63,145 bases of DNA, taken from assembly GCA_008373095.1 (NCBI GenBank), contig RQOP01000005.1:1-63145 (forward strand). Direction: 5' to 3'. Every line of letters starts with the position of its first letter. The first letter of the stretch is position 1. A program made the translations under genes and the position numbers. Under the pieces are notes generated by a model. That model was not told the DNA's origin and did not search any database. It saw only the letters and a list, made by a program, of their open reading frames with translations. This stretch comes from SAR202 cluster bacterium. Its GTDB lineage: Bacteria > Chloroflexota > Dehalococcoidia > Lucifugimonadales > UBA826. This document shows, in pieces, positions 55,601 to 63,145 of the stretch.

Positions 55601-56089
55601 GTAAGCCTTATGGATTGCCCCGGCTTAATGGTGGGACCTGAAGTAGAAAAGACTGCCCTAGTTAGACATTGCGGACGATTATTCAACACGGGAGCTAATT
55701 TAACGGTTCCCATGTTTGGTGTGATAGTCAGAAAAGCATATGGCCTCGGAGTGCAAGCTATGTGCGGTGGAGGGTCACTAGTACCCTTCTTTACAGTAGC
55801 ATGGCCTACCGCCGAGTTTGCGGGAATGAATATCGAAGGGGCTGTAAAACTAGGCTATCGAAAAGAATTAGAAGCAATTGAGGACCCCGAGGAACGCATC
55901 AAAGAATACGAAGGGATGGTCGAGAAAAGTTATGAGAGAGCCAAAGCGGTAAACGCTGGAAGTTACTTTGGGATAGATGACGTCATAGATCCTGCAGACA
56001 CTCGAAAATGGCTCGTTGCTGGTTTAAAAAGTTTACCGCCAACTCCCCCTAGAACAGAAAAAAAACGTCAATACATAGATACTTGGTAG
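52694..56089 (+). CDS. Single-chain biotin-dependent acyl-CoA carboxylase (BC-BCCP-CT)
   Basis: ANRGEIA, HPGYGFLAEN, RLQVEH (BC); EAMKMEH (biotinyl Lys); DYTVFAGTQG, GGGGRPGD, RKAYG (CT). Confidence 0.95.
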   Translation: MTLKKILIANRGEIAIRIARAASDMNITTVSIYSEDDASSLHVQSTDESFGLNGEGVAAYLDIEQVVGIAKKSGADSIHPGYGFLAENPGFAKRCQEEGIVFIGPSVAILELFGDKGKARLAAAKSNVPTPAGLEGPITLESAKKFFGNLEEGSGMMLKAIAGGGGRGTRAIKNPSEVERLFKRCQSEAKRSFGNGDLYAEQLIENARHIEVQIIGDNFGNVTHLWERECSIQRRYQKLVEIAPAPFITQSLRDQIIESAITLAVDVGYCNLGTFEFLAYQSRGSEYDSFVFIEGNARLQVEHTVTEEITGIDIVQSQIRLADGSTLSDIGLDPDNPPSVRGYAIQNRINCETISNTGQIKPSTGKITKYGAPGGLGIRTDGFGYTGYETTMAFDSLIAKLICHSNSDNFLDAVNRSKRALSEFDIEGVETNIEFHLNLLSHPEFISGNINTLFLDDNLAELMPDESSSNGKGNNSQPLKTDEGFAGANLKTKDPLALFDYDQQVKSTQQESETELTAPQGPDGTVNVVAPIQGTVISIDVDLGQEVTKGQQLLVMEAMKMEHMVTSNISGIIRGITISEGDTIRENYPLFHIEESDVSVSSKDLNQELDPDYIRSDLQELNERRSHIFDENRPSAVDRRRSKGQRTARENIADLCDPDSFVEFGSLAVAAQRLRRDEDWLRINTPADGLICGVGTVNGQMFTEKDSRCLAVSYDYTVFAGTQGNRNHYKQDRVYELAHRFRLPVVLFGEGGGGRPGDTDKMGGIGMDTTTFTTWSRLSGLVPMVGVVSGRCFAGNTALVACCDVIIAAEDTTIAMGGPAMIEGGGLGVYTPEEVGPLSFQVPNGVVDILVKDEAEGVEVAKKYISYFQGATEEWEENDQRVLRHSVPENRKRIYDMRSIIETIADKDSVLEIRKDFGIGIFTALIRIEGKPMGLIANNPHHLAGAIDSDASDKAARFLQLCDAFDLPIVSLMDCPGLMVGPEVEKTALVRHCGRLFNTGANLTVPMFGVIVRKAYGLGVQAMCGGGSLVPFFTVAWPTAEFAGMNIEGAVKLGYRKELEAIEDPEERIKEYEGMVEKSYERAKAVNAGSYFGIDDVIDPADTRKWLVAGLKSLPPTPPRTEKKRQYIDTW

Positions 56090-56096
56090 ACCAAAC

Positions 56097-57356
56097 TTGC
56101 CTACTGAAAGCCAAAACCCTGTTCATGCCCAAGTTCTTGAAGGGGTAAAAATAATCGACCTGACTGGTCCGTCTGGTTTCTATTGCACCAAATTACTAGC
56201 AGATTTAGGCGCGGACGTAATTCGAATTGAAACCGAATCAACTGCTGAACTTGAAACTTTCGCACCTTTCTATCGAGGTAAGAAAGATATAGATAGCAGT
56301 TTATATCGATGGCATTTCCATACCAATAAACGTAGTGTTGAATTGGATCTAGCTTCGCAGCAGGGTAAAGATACATTTCTTCATCTGTTGGAAGTGGCCG
56401 ATGTATTAATAACAACGGAACCACAAAATATAGCTAATGAAACTGTAATTAAGAAAGCTGAAATACGAACCAGGTACCCACAACTTATACATACTGTGAT
56501 TAGGGCTTTCTCATCCAGAAGTGCTTACTCAGAATACAAAGCCACAGATATTGTGGCATTGGCGATGAGTGGACTTATGGCAATTACAGGTTTCCCAGAA
56601 GACCCACCCAATCAGATGGGTGGAGAGCAGGCCTATCACATGGTTTCTATGCATGCTGCCACAGGAACACTGGTTGCCTTGTTAGACCGTGATTTGACGG
56701 GAAAAGGGAAAGACATTGAAGTATCCATGCAAGAATGTACCTCAATGGCTACTCTTCAAACAGCAAATCTTAATTACTACATCTGGCAAAACCTAAACCG
56801 TCAACGAACCGGATTGAATCATCCATTTTCTGTCCCAACAGCTGATGAAACCCTTCCGGCCTACCCAAAAACTTTATACAAATGCCTGGATGGATGGGTA
56901 TCTTATGCGGCACATTTGGCGCCTCCGGGAGCGTGGGAAAGATTCTTGCAATGGCTAGAAGATCATGACAGCCAACAAGATTTAAGAGATCCCAAATATT
57001 TGGATCCAGAAATAAGACAAAAAAACCAGAATCATATAAATGAGGTCATGGCTGGGCATTGTTCAAAATTAAAAGCTCAGGAACTCTATCACTCAGCTCA
57101 AAGCTACCGGCTTCTTTGTGTCCCTGTACAAAATGCTGCAGACCTTATTGCAGACAAACAGCTTGAGGAAAGACATTTTTTTAAGAATGTAAAACATGAT
57201 GATGGCTCAGAAGATTTCATTTATCCAGGAGCACCTTATAAGTTGTCAGAAACGCCTTGGGATATTAAAAATAATTCCCCGAAGATAGGACAACATACTA
57301 AAGAAGTTTTGGATGAATGGCTCAACCCTGCAAATGCAAAGGCGAGCTATGAATAA
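56097..57356 (+). CDS. Class III CoA-transferase, catalytic Asp replaced by Tyr
   Basis: LGADVIRIE, NKRSVEL; GEQAYH at the catalytic-Asp position. Confidence 0.9.
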   Translation: MPTESQNPVHAQVLEGVKIIDLTGPSGFYCTKLLADLGADVIRIETESTAELETFAPFYRGKKDIDSSLYRWHFHTNKRSVELDLASQQGKDTFLHLLEVADVLITTEPQNIANETVIKKAEIRTRYPQLIHTVIRAFSSRSAYSEYKATDIVALAMSGLMAITGFPEDPPNQMGGEQAYHMVSMHAATGTLVALLDRDLTGKGKDIEVSMQECTSMATLQTANLNYYIWQNLNRQRTGLNHPFSVPTADETLPAYPKTLYKCLDGWVSYAAHLAPPGAWERFLQWLEDHDSQQDLRDPKYLDPEIRQKNQNHINEVMAGHCSKLKAQELYHSAQSYRLLCVPVQNAADLIADKQLEERHFFKNVKHDDGSEDFIYPGAPYKLSETPWDIKNNSPKIGQHTKEVLDEWLNPANAKASYE

Positions 57357-58569
57357 CCCTCGTTTACCGTTATCAAATATAAGGATCGCAGATTTTGGAT
57401 GGATGATAGCTGGCCCCCTAGCGACTAGAGTATTTGCCAATTTTGGAGCTGAAGTTATCAGAATCGAGTCTGGTTCCAGGATAGACGAAATAAGAGTTGT
57501 CGGAGCAAGACCGGAAGGAATTGAAAGCCCAAACGTTGCCGGAGTGTTTAACGATATTAATACGTCAAAGTTAAGCATGACTTTAGATTTAAATACTGAC
57601 GAAGGTCTTTCATTAGCCAAAAACGTAATCGAAATAAGCGACGTTGTAACTAATAATTTCAGGGGCGATAGAATGGGAAAATGGGGATTAGATTATGACA
57701 ATCTGAAAAAAATAAAACCCGACATAATTGCTCTCAGTATGCCAATGATGGGAAGTGACGGGCCCCATCAGGACTACGGAGGTAATGGTATAAATATTAT
57801 AGCTGGGGCAGGAATTAGCAGCATAACTGGTTATCCAGACAAAGCGCCAGTTGGCACAGGATCTTTGTACCCAGACTTTAGTGGTAACCCGAATCATGCA
57901 TCTATAGCCCTATTAGCTGCTATCAGGTACAGAAACAGAACAGGTAAAGGCCAATTTATAGACCTTGCCCAATATGAATCCACCGTATCTCTGCTAGGGA
58001 CCAGCATCCTCGAATACACAGCTAACGGTAAATTACCCGATCGACCAGGAAACAGATCGCAAAATATGGCCCCTCATAACGTTTATCGTTGCAAAGGCAT
58101 GGATCGTTGGTGTGCCATAGCAGTTAGCACTGAAGAAGAGTGGCAAAACTTAAAAAAAGTTCTGGGCGAGCTAGAGTGGATGAATCAACCTAAATTCGCA
58201 AACTTTAATCAGCGCAAAGCAAATGAAGAAGAATTGGACGAAGGCATTAGTAATTGGACTTCGAATAAAGATGCATACGAGGTAATGAACCTACTACAAT
58301 CCCACGGTGTACCCGCCGGCGTAGTACAAGATACTGAAGACTTACTTAAACGGGATAAAAGTTTCACTGACACACACGTTATCGATATGCCACACCCAGA
58401 AATCGACTCAATGAAGGTTCATGGTGAGACGATTTCCATGTCTGGTGTCACTCCCAAAGTTGATAGGGCCCCGCTACTAGGAGAGCACACTGAATACATT
58501 TTAGGGGACCTTTTAGGAGTAGCTGAATCAAAAATAGATAACTTATATGTTTCGGAAGTACTTAAATGA
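57349..58569 (+). CDS. Class III CoA-transferase, catalytic Asp present
   Basis: FGAEVIRIES, NNFR, LYPDF; ATG 57349 overlaps the upstream stop. Confidence 0.92.
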   Translation: MNNPRLPLSNIRIADFGWMIAGPLATRVFANFGAEVIRIESGSRIDEIRVVGARPEGIESPNVAGVFNDINTSKLSMTLDLNTDEGLSLAKNVIEISDVVTNNFRGDRMGKWGLDYDNLKKIKPDIIALSMPMMGSDGPHQDYGGNGINIIAGAGISSITGYPDKAPVGTGSLYPDFSGNPNHASIALLAAIRYRNRTGKGQFIDLAQYESTVSLLGTSILEYTANGKLPDRPGNRSQNMAPHNVYRCKGMDRWCAIAVSTEEEWQNLKKVLGELEWMNQPKFANFNQRKANEEELDEGISNWTSNKDAYEVMNLLQSHGVPAGVVQDTEDLLKRDKSFTDTHVIDMPHPEIDSMKVHGETISMSGVTPKVDRAPLLGEHTEYILGDLLGVAESKIDNLYVSEVLK

Positions 58570-58583
58570 ATAAGGAGATACTG

Positions 58584-59372
58584 ATGGGAAACAAACTGGA
58601 AGGCGATGTAGCTATAGTGACAGGCGGAAACAGCGGGATAGGCGAAGCAACTGCCCACCTGTTTGCAAAAGAGGGAGCGAAGGTTGCGATCTTAGCTAGA
58701 AGAGAGAAAGAAGGAAAAGAAGTGGAATCTGCTATAAAAGCTTCCGGTGGAGAAGCCACATTTTTTCAATGCGACGTAGCGGAAAGAGGCCAAGTAGATG
58801 AAGTAGTCGAAAATGTTGTAGCAACATACGGAAAAATAAGTGTTCTCTTTAACAATGCAGGAGGTGGTGATAAAGGTAACTTCCCAGACGAAACAGATGA
58901 AGGCTGGGACAGGGTTATTGCGGTAAATTTGAATGGGACATTCTACGTCTGTCGTGCTGCATGGTCCCATTTGATCGAATCAGGAAACGGGCGAATCGTA
59001 AACATGTCGTCACTAGCAGCTCAAAGAGGGTTTAGTAAAAACATGTACGACCTGGTAGGCCGCGGGCCTTCATCCTCCTATTACGCCGCAAAAGCAGGTG
59101 TTGATGCATTTACCCGATATGCAGCTGGTATGGGTGGCCAACACAACATTAGAGTAAATGGCGTAAGACCTGGCCAAATCATAACTCCTTTGACCGATGT
59201 CGGTGGTGGAAATCATTCCCTCAAAGGAGCCTTCGATTTTATCCAAATATTAGAAGGTGCAGGTTACCCCGATGACGTAGCCAATACTGTTTTATTCCTA
59301 GTATCAAACGATTCCAGATTTATCACAGGAGAAATAATAAATGTTGACGGAGGTATGCCTGGAAAACTTTAA
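58584..59372 (+). CDS. Short-chain dehydrogenase/reductase
   Basis: TGGNSGIG, FNNAG, YYAAKAG; AAGGAG RBS before ATG 58584. Confidence 0.93.
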   Translation: MGNKLEGDVAIVTGGNSGIGEATAHLFAKEGAKVAILARREKEGKEVESAIKASGGEATFFQCDVAERGQVDEVVENVVATYGKISVLFNNAGGGDKGNFPDETDEGWDRVIAVNLNGTFYVCRAAWSHLIESGNGRIVNMSSLAAQRGFSKNMYDLVGRGPSSSYYAAKAGVDAFTRYAAGMGGQHNIRVNGVRPGQIITPLTDVGGGNHSLKGAFDFIQILEGAGYPDDVANTVLFLVSNDSRFITGEIINVDGGMPGKL

Positions 59373-59462
59373 TTTCGTCAAACAAGTATTGTTTCTATGA
59401 ACCATCTATGTGTAGTAGGATGCGAGAATAAGAGCATTTAGAACTTACCAAAATAGTGGTAT

Positions 59463-60650
59463 ATGCAGTACACATTTACAGAAAAAGAAGAAGATTTTAG
59501 AAGTGAATTACTGGAGTTTTTAGGTAAAGAATTGCCTGAAGACTGGAATTCTTTATCACCAGAAAGTCATTTTTCTAAGGAAAATTTACCGTTCACCAAA
59601 TCCATGGCCAAAAAGCTGGCAAAAAAGGGTTGGTTGACCATGGCATGGCCTGAAGAATACGGGGGTCAGGGTCGCTCAATAATGGAGCAATTGATATACC
59701 GGGAAGAGATGACTTATCAGGATGTTCCGGGAACAGACCTAGGGACAGGTGCTATTAGCTGGGTCGGACCTACCTTGATGATTGCCGGTACCCATGAACA
59801 AAGAAAGGAACATCTCCCTCCTATTGGAAATGGCGATGCCTATTGGTGCACTCTTTATAGTGAGCCTGGGTCAGGATCAGATTTGGCCTCACTCCAGACA
59901 CAAGCTCAAAAAGATGGTGACGACTACATAATCAATGGCTCAAAAATATGGACTAGCTCCGCTCATATCGCAGACTTTGGATGGCTAGCGGCAAGAACTA
60001 ATCCTGAAGCTCCAAAACACAGGGGTATTAGTTTATTCATGGTGGATATGAAATCACCTGGAGTTACGGTAAGGCCAATATACAACATGGCCGGCTCTCA
60101 TGAATTCAATGAGGTTTTCTTTGAAGATGTCAGAATACCTTCCAAAAACCTAGTTGGAGAAGAAAATCGCGGTTGGTACACACTTGCTGTGGCTTTAGAC
60201 TTCGAAAGATCGGGAGTTGGGTATTCAGCCAATGCAAGAAGAATACTCGAATCTCTGACAGTCTATGTAAAGTCAGCACATAAAAATGGCAAACCGCTTT
60301 CTGAAAATCAATTAGTTCGAAATAGACTTGCTGAAAGACATATTGAAACAGAAGTTTCAAGATCTATGTCATATAAGGTCGCTTGGATGCAGAGCAACGG
60401 TATGGTCCCAAATGCCGAGGCTTCCATGTCTAAACTATTTGGAACTGAGTTGGTACAAAGAGTAGCAAATACGGCAATGAACATAATAGATATGAAAGGC
60501 CTTTTATCACACGAATCAGATCTATCGCCCTTGGAAGGGGCCGTCCAGAAAATGTATTTGAGCTCTTTTTCATCCACAATAGCTGCCGGTACTTCAGAAA
60601 TCCAAAGAAACATCATTGCAGATAGAGGTTTAGGTTTACCCAGGGCTTAG
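59463..60650 (+). CDS. Acyl-CoA dehydrogenase
   Basis: WPEEYGG, YSEPGSGSDLASL, INGSKIWTS, FNEVFFEDV, IAAGTSEIQRNII. Confidence 0.95.
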   Translation: MQYTFTEKEEDFRSELLEFLGKELPEDWNSLSPESHFSKENLPFTKSMAKKLAKKGWLTMAWPEEYGGQGRSIMEQLIYREEMTYQDVPGTDLGTGAISWVGPTLMIAGTHEQRKEHLPPIGNGDAYWCTLYSEPGSGSDLASLQTQAQKDGDDYIINGSKIWTSSAHIADFGWLAARTNPEAPKHRGISLFMVDMKSPGVTVRPIYNMAGSHEFNEVFFEDVRIPSKNLVGEENRGWYTLAVALDFERSGVGYSANARRILESLTVYVKSAHKNGKPLSENQLVRNRLAERHIETEVSRSMSYKVAWMQSNGMVPNAEASMSKLFGTELVQRVANTAMNIIDMKGLLSHESDLSPLEGAVQKMYLSSFSSTIAAGTSEIQRNIIADRGLGLPRA

Positions 60651-60669
60651 TTAGATATCTAAATCACAT

Positions 60670-61947
60670 ATGGTGGTCTCCGACGAAATGGAATCTTTGT
60701 GTTCTCCAACTCAAGAAAGGCTTCTGCCTTATACCATTTTGGATCTAACCGAAGGCGGCCATAATATTTGCGGTCGGCTCTTGGGAGATATGGGAGCGGA
60801 AGTCATCAAAATAGAGCCTCCTGGTGGCAGTCAAACCCGTCTCCGGGGACCGTTTACAAAAGATTCAGAGGGTAAGCTCAGAAGCCTATATTGGGCATCA
60901 TATAACTCCAACAAAAAAGGAATTTCCCTTTCACTTGATACCGATGAAGGAAGGCAAATATTTCTTAAGTTGGTAAACAAAAGTGATGCAATATTAGAAT
61001 CGTTTCAGCCTGGATATCTTGATTCATTAAATTTAGGATTTGAAACGCTCTCAAAAACAAATCCCCAATTAGTGCATACATCGATGACGCCTTTTGGCTC
61101 AACCGGACCATATGCTGGTTTCATATCCACGGATTTAATAACCAGTTCAATGGGTGGAATGCCTTTTGTAAGTGGTGACGAGGATCGTCCACCAGTAAGA
61201 ATAAGCTTTCCACAGGCCGAATTAGTTGCTGGATCTCAAGCTTTTGGAGCAACAGTAGCTGCCTTAAGGCACAGTAGAAACAGTAAAACTGGACAACATG
61301 TAGATGTATCGGAGCAAATAGCGGTGATGTGGACTTTAATGAACGCCACGCCATTTCCTCAATTACACGGCACCGATGTAACCAGGGCGGGGGCATTCAG
61401 AAAAAGAGGTCCTATAGATGCAAGACATGTATTTAGATGTGCTGATGGATATGTAAGTATGAATGCGCAGGCCAAAACACTTGATGGATTTATTGCGTGG
61501 ATGTCAGAAGAAATTGAGATCGAAAAAGAGATCCTAGGTTTCGATATTGGTAAATGGGATCTTAGACCCGATAGTGACCCGAATGGTAAAGAAGCCTCTG
61601 AGTTTAAAAAAGTTGAAAAAGCTATAGAAGATTTTCTTTTAATAAAAACAAAAACAGAAATTTTTGAAAGGGCCCTGTCTGCAGGGCTTTTGGTGGCACC
61701 TTGTAATACCGTCGAGGATATTAGGAAAAGTCCCCAATTAGAAGCAAGATCATTTTGGATTGATATTTATCATCCGGAATTTGGTAAGGATATAACCCAT
61801 CTAGGACCCTATATGAAGATGTCCGAAACTCCTCTAAAGGTTTACTCTCCCTCCCCTAGTGTTGGATCTGATAATGAAGAAATATTCAAAAGTCTTGGCA
61901 TAGGTAAATCGGAAATTGAAGCGTTAAGGAAAGGAGGGACTGTATAG
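60670..61947 (+). CDS. Class III CoA-transferase, catalytic Asp replaced by Glu
   Basis: MGAEVIKIEPPGG, NSNKKG, ESFQPG; FPQAEL at the catalytic-Asp position. Confidence 0.92.
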   Translation: MVVSDEMESLCSPTQERLLPYTILDLTEGGHNICGRLLGDMGAEVIKIEPPGGSQTRLRGPFTKDSEGKLRSLYWASYNSNKKGISLSLDTDEGRQIFLKLVNKSDAILESFQPGYLDSLNLGFETLSKTNPQLVHTSMTPFGSTGPYAGFISTDLITSSMGGMPFVSGDEDRPPVRISFPQAELVAGSQAFGATVAALRHSRNSKTGQHVDVSEQIAVMWTLMNATPFPQLHGTDVTRAGAFRKRGPIDARHVFRCADGYVSMNAQAKTLDGFIAWMSEEIEIEKEILGFDIGKWDLRPDSDPNGKEASEFKKVEKAIEDFLLIKTKTEIFERALSAGLLVAPCNTVEDIRKSPQLEARSFWIDIYHPEFGKDITHLGPYMKMSETPLKVYSPSPSVGSDNEEIFKSLGIGKSEIEALRKGGTV

Positions 61948-63145
61948 TGCAAAACAACAACACAGAACTTCTTTTTAACGGTCTAAAAGTTTTAGATTTT
62001 ACATGGGTTGGTGTCGGCCCAATCACGACAAAATACTTTGCAGACCACGGGGCAGATGTAATAAAAATAGAATCTGCAAGCAGACCTGATGTATTAAGGG
62101 GCGCACCTCCGTTTAAGGACGCAATACCAGGCATAAATAGAAGTCAATTTAGTGGGAATTACAATTCAAGTAAAAGGAGTTTAGGGGTCAATTTATCAAT
62201 TCCGGAATCCTTAGACTTAGTAAAAGATATCATAGCTAAATGGGAACCCGATGTGATAGCAGAAAGTTTCACACCGCGGGTTATGAAATCGTTGGGTCTC
62301 GACTATCTTTCTGTTAAAAAAATAGCCCCAGATGTCATTTATTTTAGTACCTGTCTAATGGGTCAATATGGACCACATAACAATTACGCAGGATTTGGGC
62401 AACTAGCCGGGGCAATGGCTGGATTTTACGAAATCACGGGGTGGCCTGATAGAGGGCCTGCTGGACCTTATGGGGCATATTCGGACTTCCTCAACCCTCC
62501 CGTAGCTTTTGGGTCTATAGTGGCAGCACTTGATTACCGGGATCGTTACGGAAAAGGACAACATATTGACCTTTCACAGTATGAGGGAGCGATGCACTTT
62601 CTAGCTCCACATATCATGAAATACAACGAGGACGGCTTCATTCTGGGTAGGATGGGAAACGAGGATGAAGAGATGTCGCCGCATGGGATATTTCAGTGTC
62701 TAGATAAGAAAAGGGGTCTCACCGACACAGAGGAATCATGGGTTGCAATAGCCATAGAATCTGAATCCCAATGGGCAGAATTTTCAAAAGTTTTAGATTT
62801 GCCAGATGAGATATCTAACCAAAGTTTGTCAGAGAGGAAATTAAACAAACCTCAAATAGACAATTTAATCTCGAACTGGACTGCACAAAATGATGCTGGA
62901 CAAATTATGAATTTGCTACAAAGCCACGAAATTCCATGTGGCATGGTACAAAGTCAGTCTGATATGTGGGAGGACCCTCAACTCAAGCACGCAGACTTTT
63001 TTCAATGGCTTGAACACTCAGAAGTTGGTCCGATGCCATACGACGGACTGCAGTTCACACTGTCAAAAACGCCAGGGAGTCTAACACGAGCCCAGGCCAT
63101 GATTGGCGAACACAATTTGGAAATCCTTGATGAAATTCTTTCTAT
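61947..63145 (+). CDS. Class III CoA-transferase, catalytic Asp present (runs off the window; absent from the ORF track)
   Basis: GTG 61947 overlaps the upstream TAG; hand translation gives LKVLDFTWVGVGPITTKYFADHGADVIKIES..NSSKRS..ESFTP..GAYSDF. Confidence 0.92.
   Translation, partial: MQNNNTELLFNGLKVLDFTWVGVGPITTKYFADHGADVIKIESASRPDVLRGAPPFKDAIPGINRSQFSGNYNSSKRSLGVNLSIPESLDLVKDIIAKWEPDVIAESFTPRVMKSLGLDYLSVKKIAPDVIYFSTCLMGQYGPHNNYAGFGQLAGAMAGFYEITGWPDRGPAGPYGAYSDFLNPPVAFGSIVAALDYRDRYGKGQHIDLSQYEGAMHFLAPHIMKYNEDGFILGRMGNEDEEMSPHGIFQCLDKKRGLTDTEESWVAIAIESESQWAEFSKVLDLPDEISNQSLSERKLNKPQIDNLISNWTAQNDAGQIMNLLQSHEIPCGMVQSQSDMWEDPQLKHADFFQWLEHSEVGPMPYDGLQFTLSKTPGSLTRAQAMIGEHNLEILDEILS

Overview
63-kb, gene-dense, low-to-moderate-GC bacterial chromosome segment. 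It has no integrase, transposase, phage genes or CRISPR array. Gene content suggests a marine Chloroflexota of the SAR202/Dehalococcoidia type (inference): six luciferase-like monooxygenases, six class III CoA-transferases, several SDRs and acyl-CoA dehydrogenases, and a solute-binding lipoprotein with EVVKEV repeats. RNA genes are the 3' part of a tRNA (NAT anticodon, probably Ile2/CAT) and a complete tmRNA (tag GNKELALAA). Both flanks (3-19 kb, 40-63 kb) are catabolic. The most notable block (about 19.3-39.9 kb) looks like a light/photo-oxidative stress island. Its core is a regulator with a CarH/LitR-type B12 photoreceptor module fused to a C-terminal XRE HTH instead of the usual N-terminal MerR domain. 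This regulator lies in an operon divergent from a furan-fatty-acid-type lipid modification operon (ferritin-like desaturase, two CFA-family methyltransferases, UfaD-like, UfaO/DUF1365). Nearby are a BtuFCD-like importer, a pyrimidine-dimer glycosylase, a peroxiredoxin, a PlsY and a DICT-USP fusion. An unexplained tandem structured RNA-like element lies at 23466-23675. Other oddities are an AroQ homologue lacking its catalytic residues, a halogenase with a PqqD/RRE-like tail, an amidase with a GatC/AtzG-like partner, and three paired CoA-transferases in which only the second member keeps the catalytic Asp. All family assignments come from motif recognition by eye; no database searches were run.
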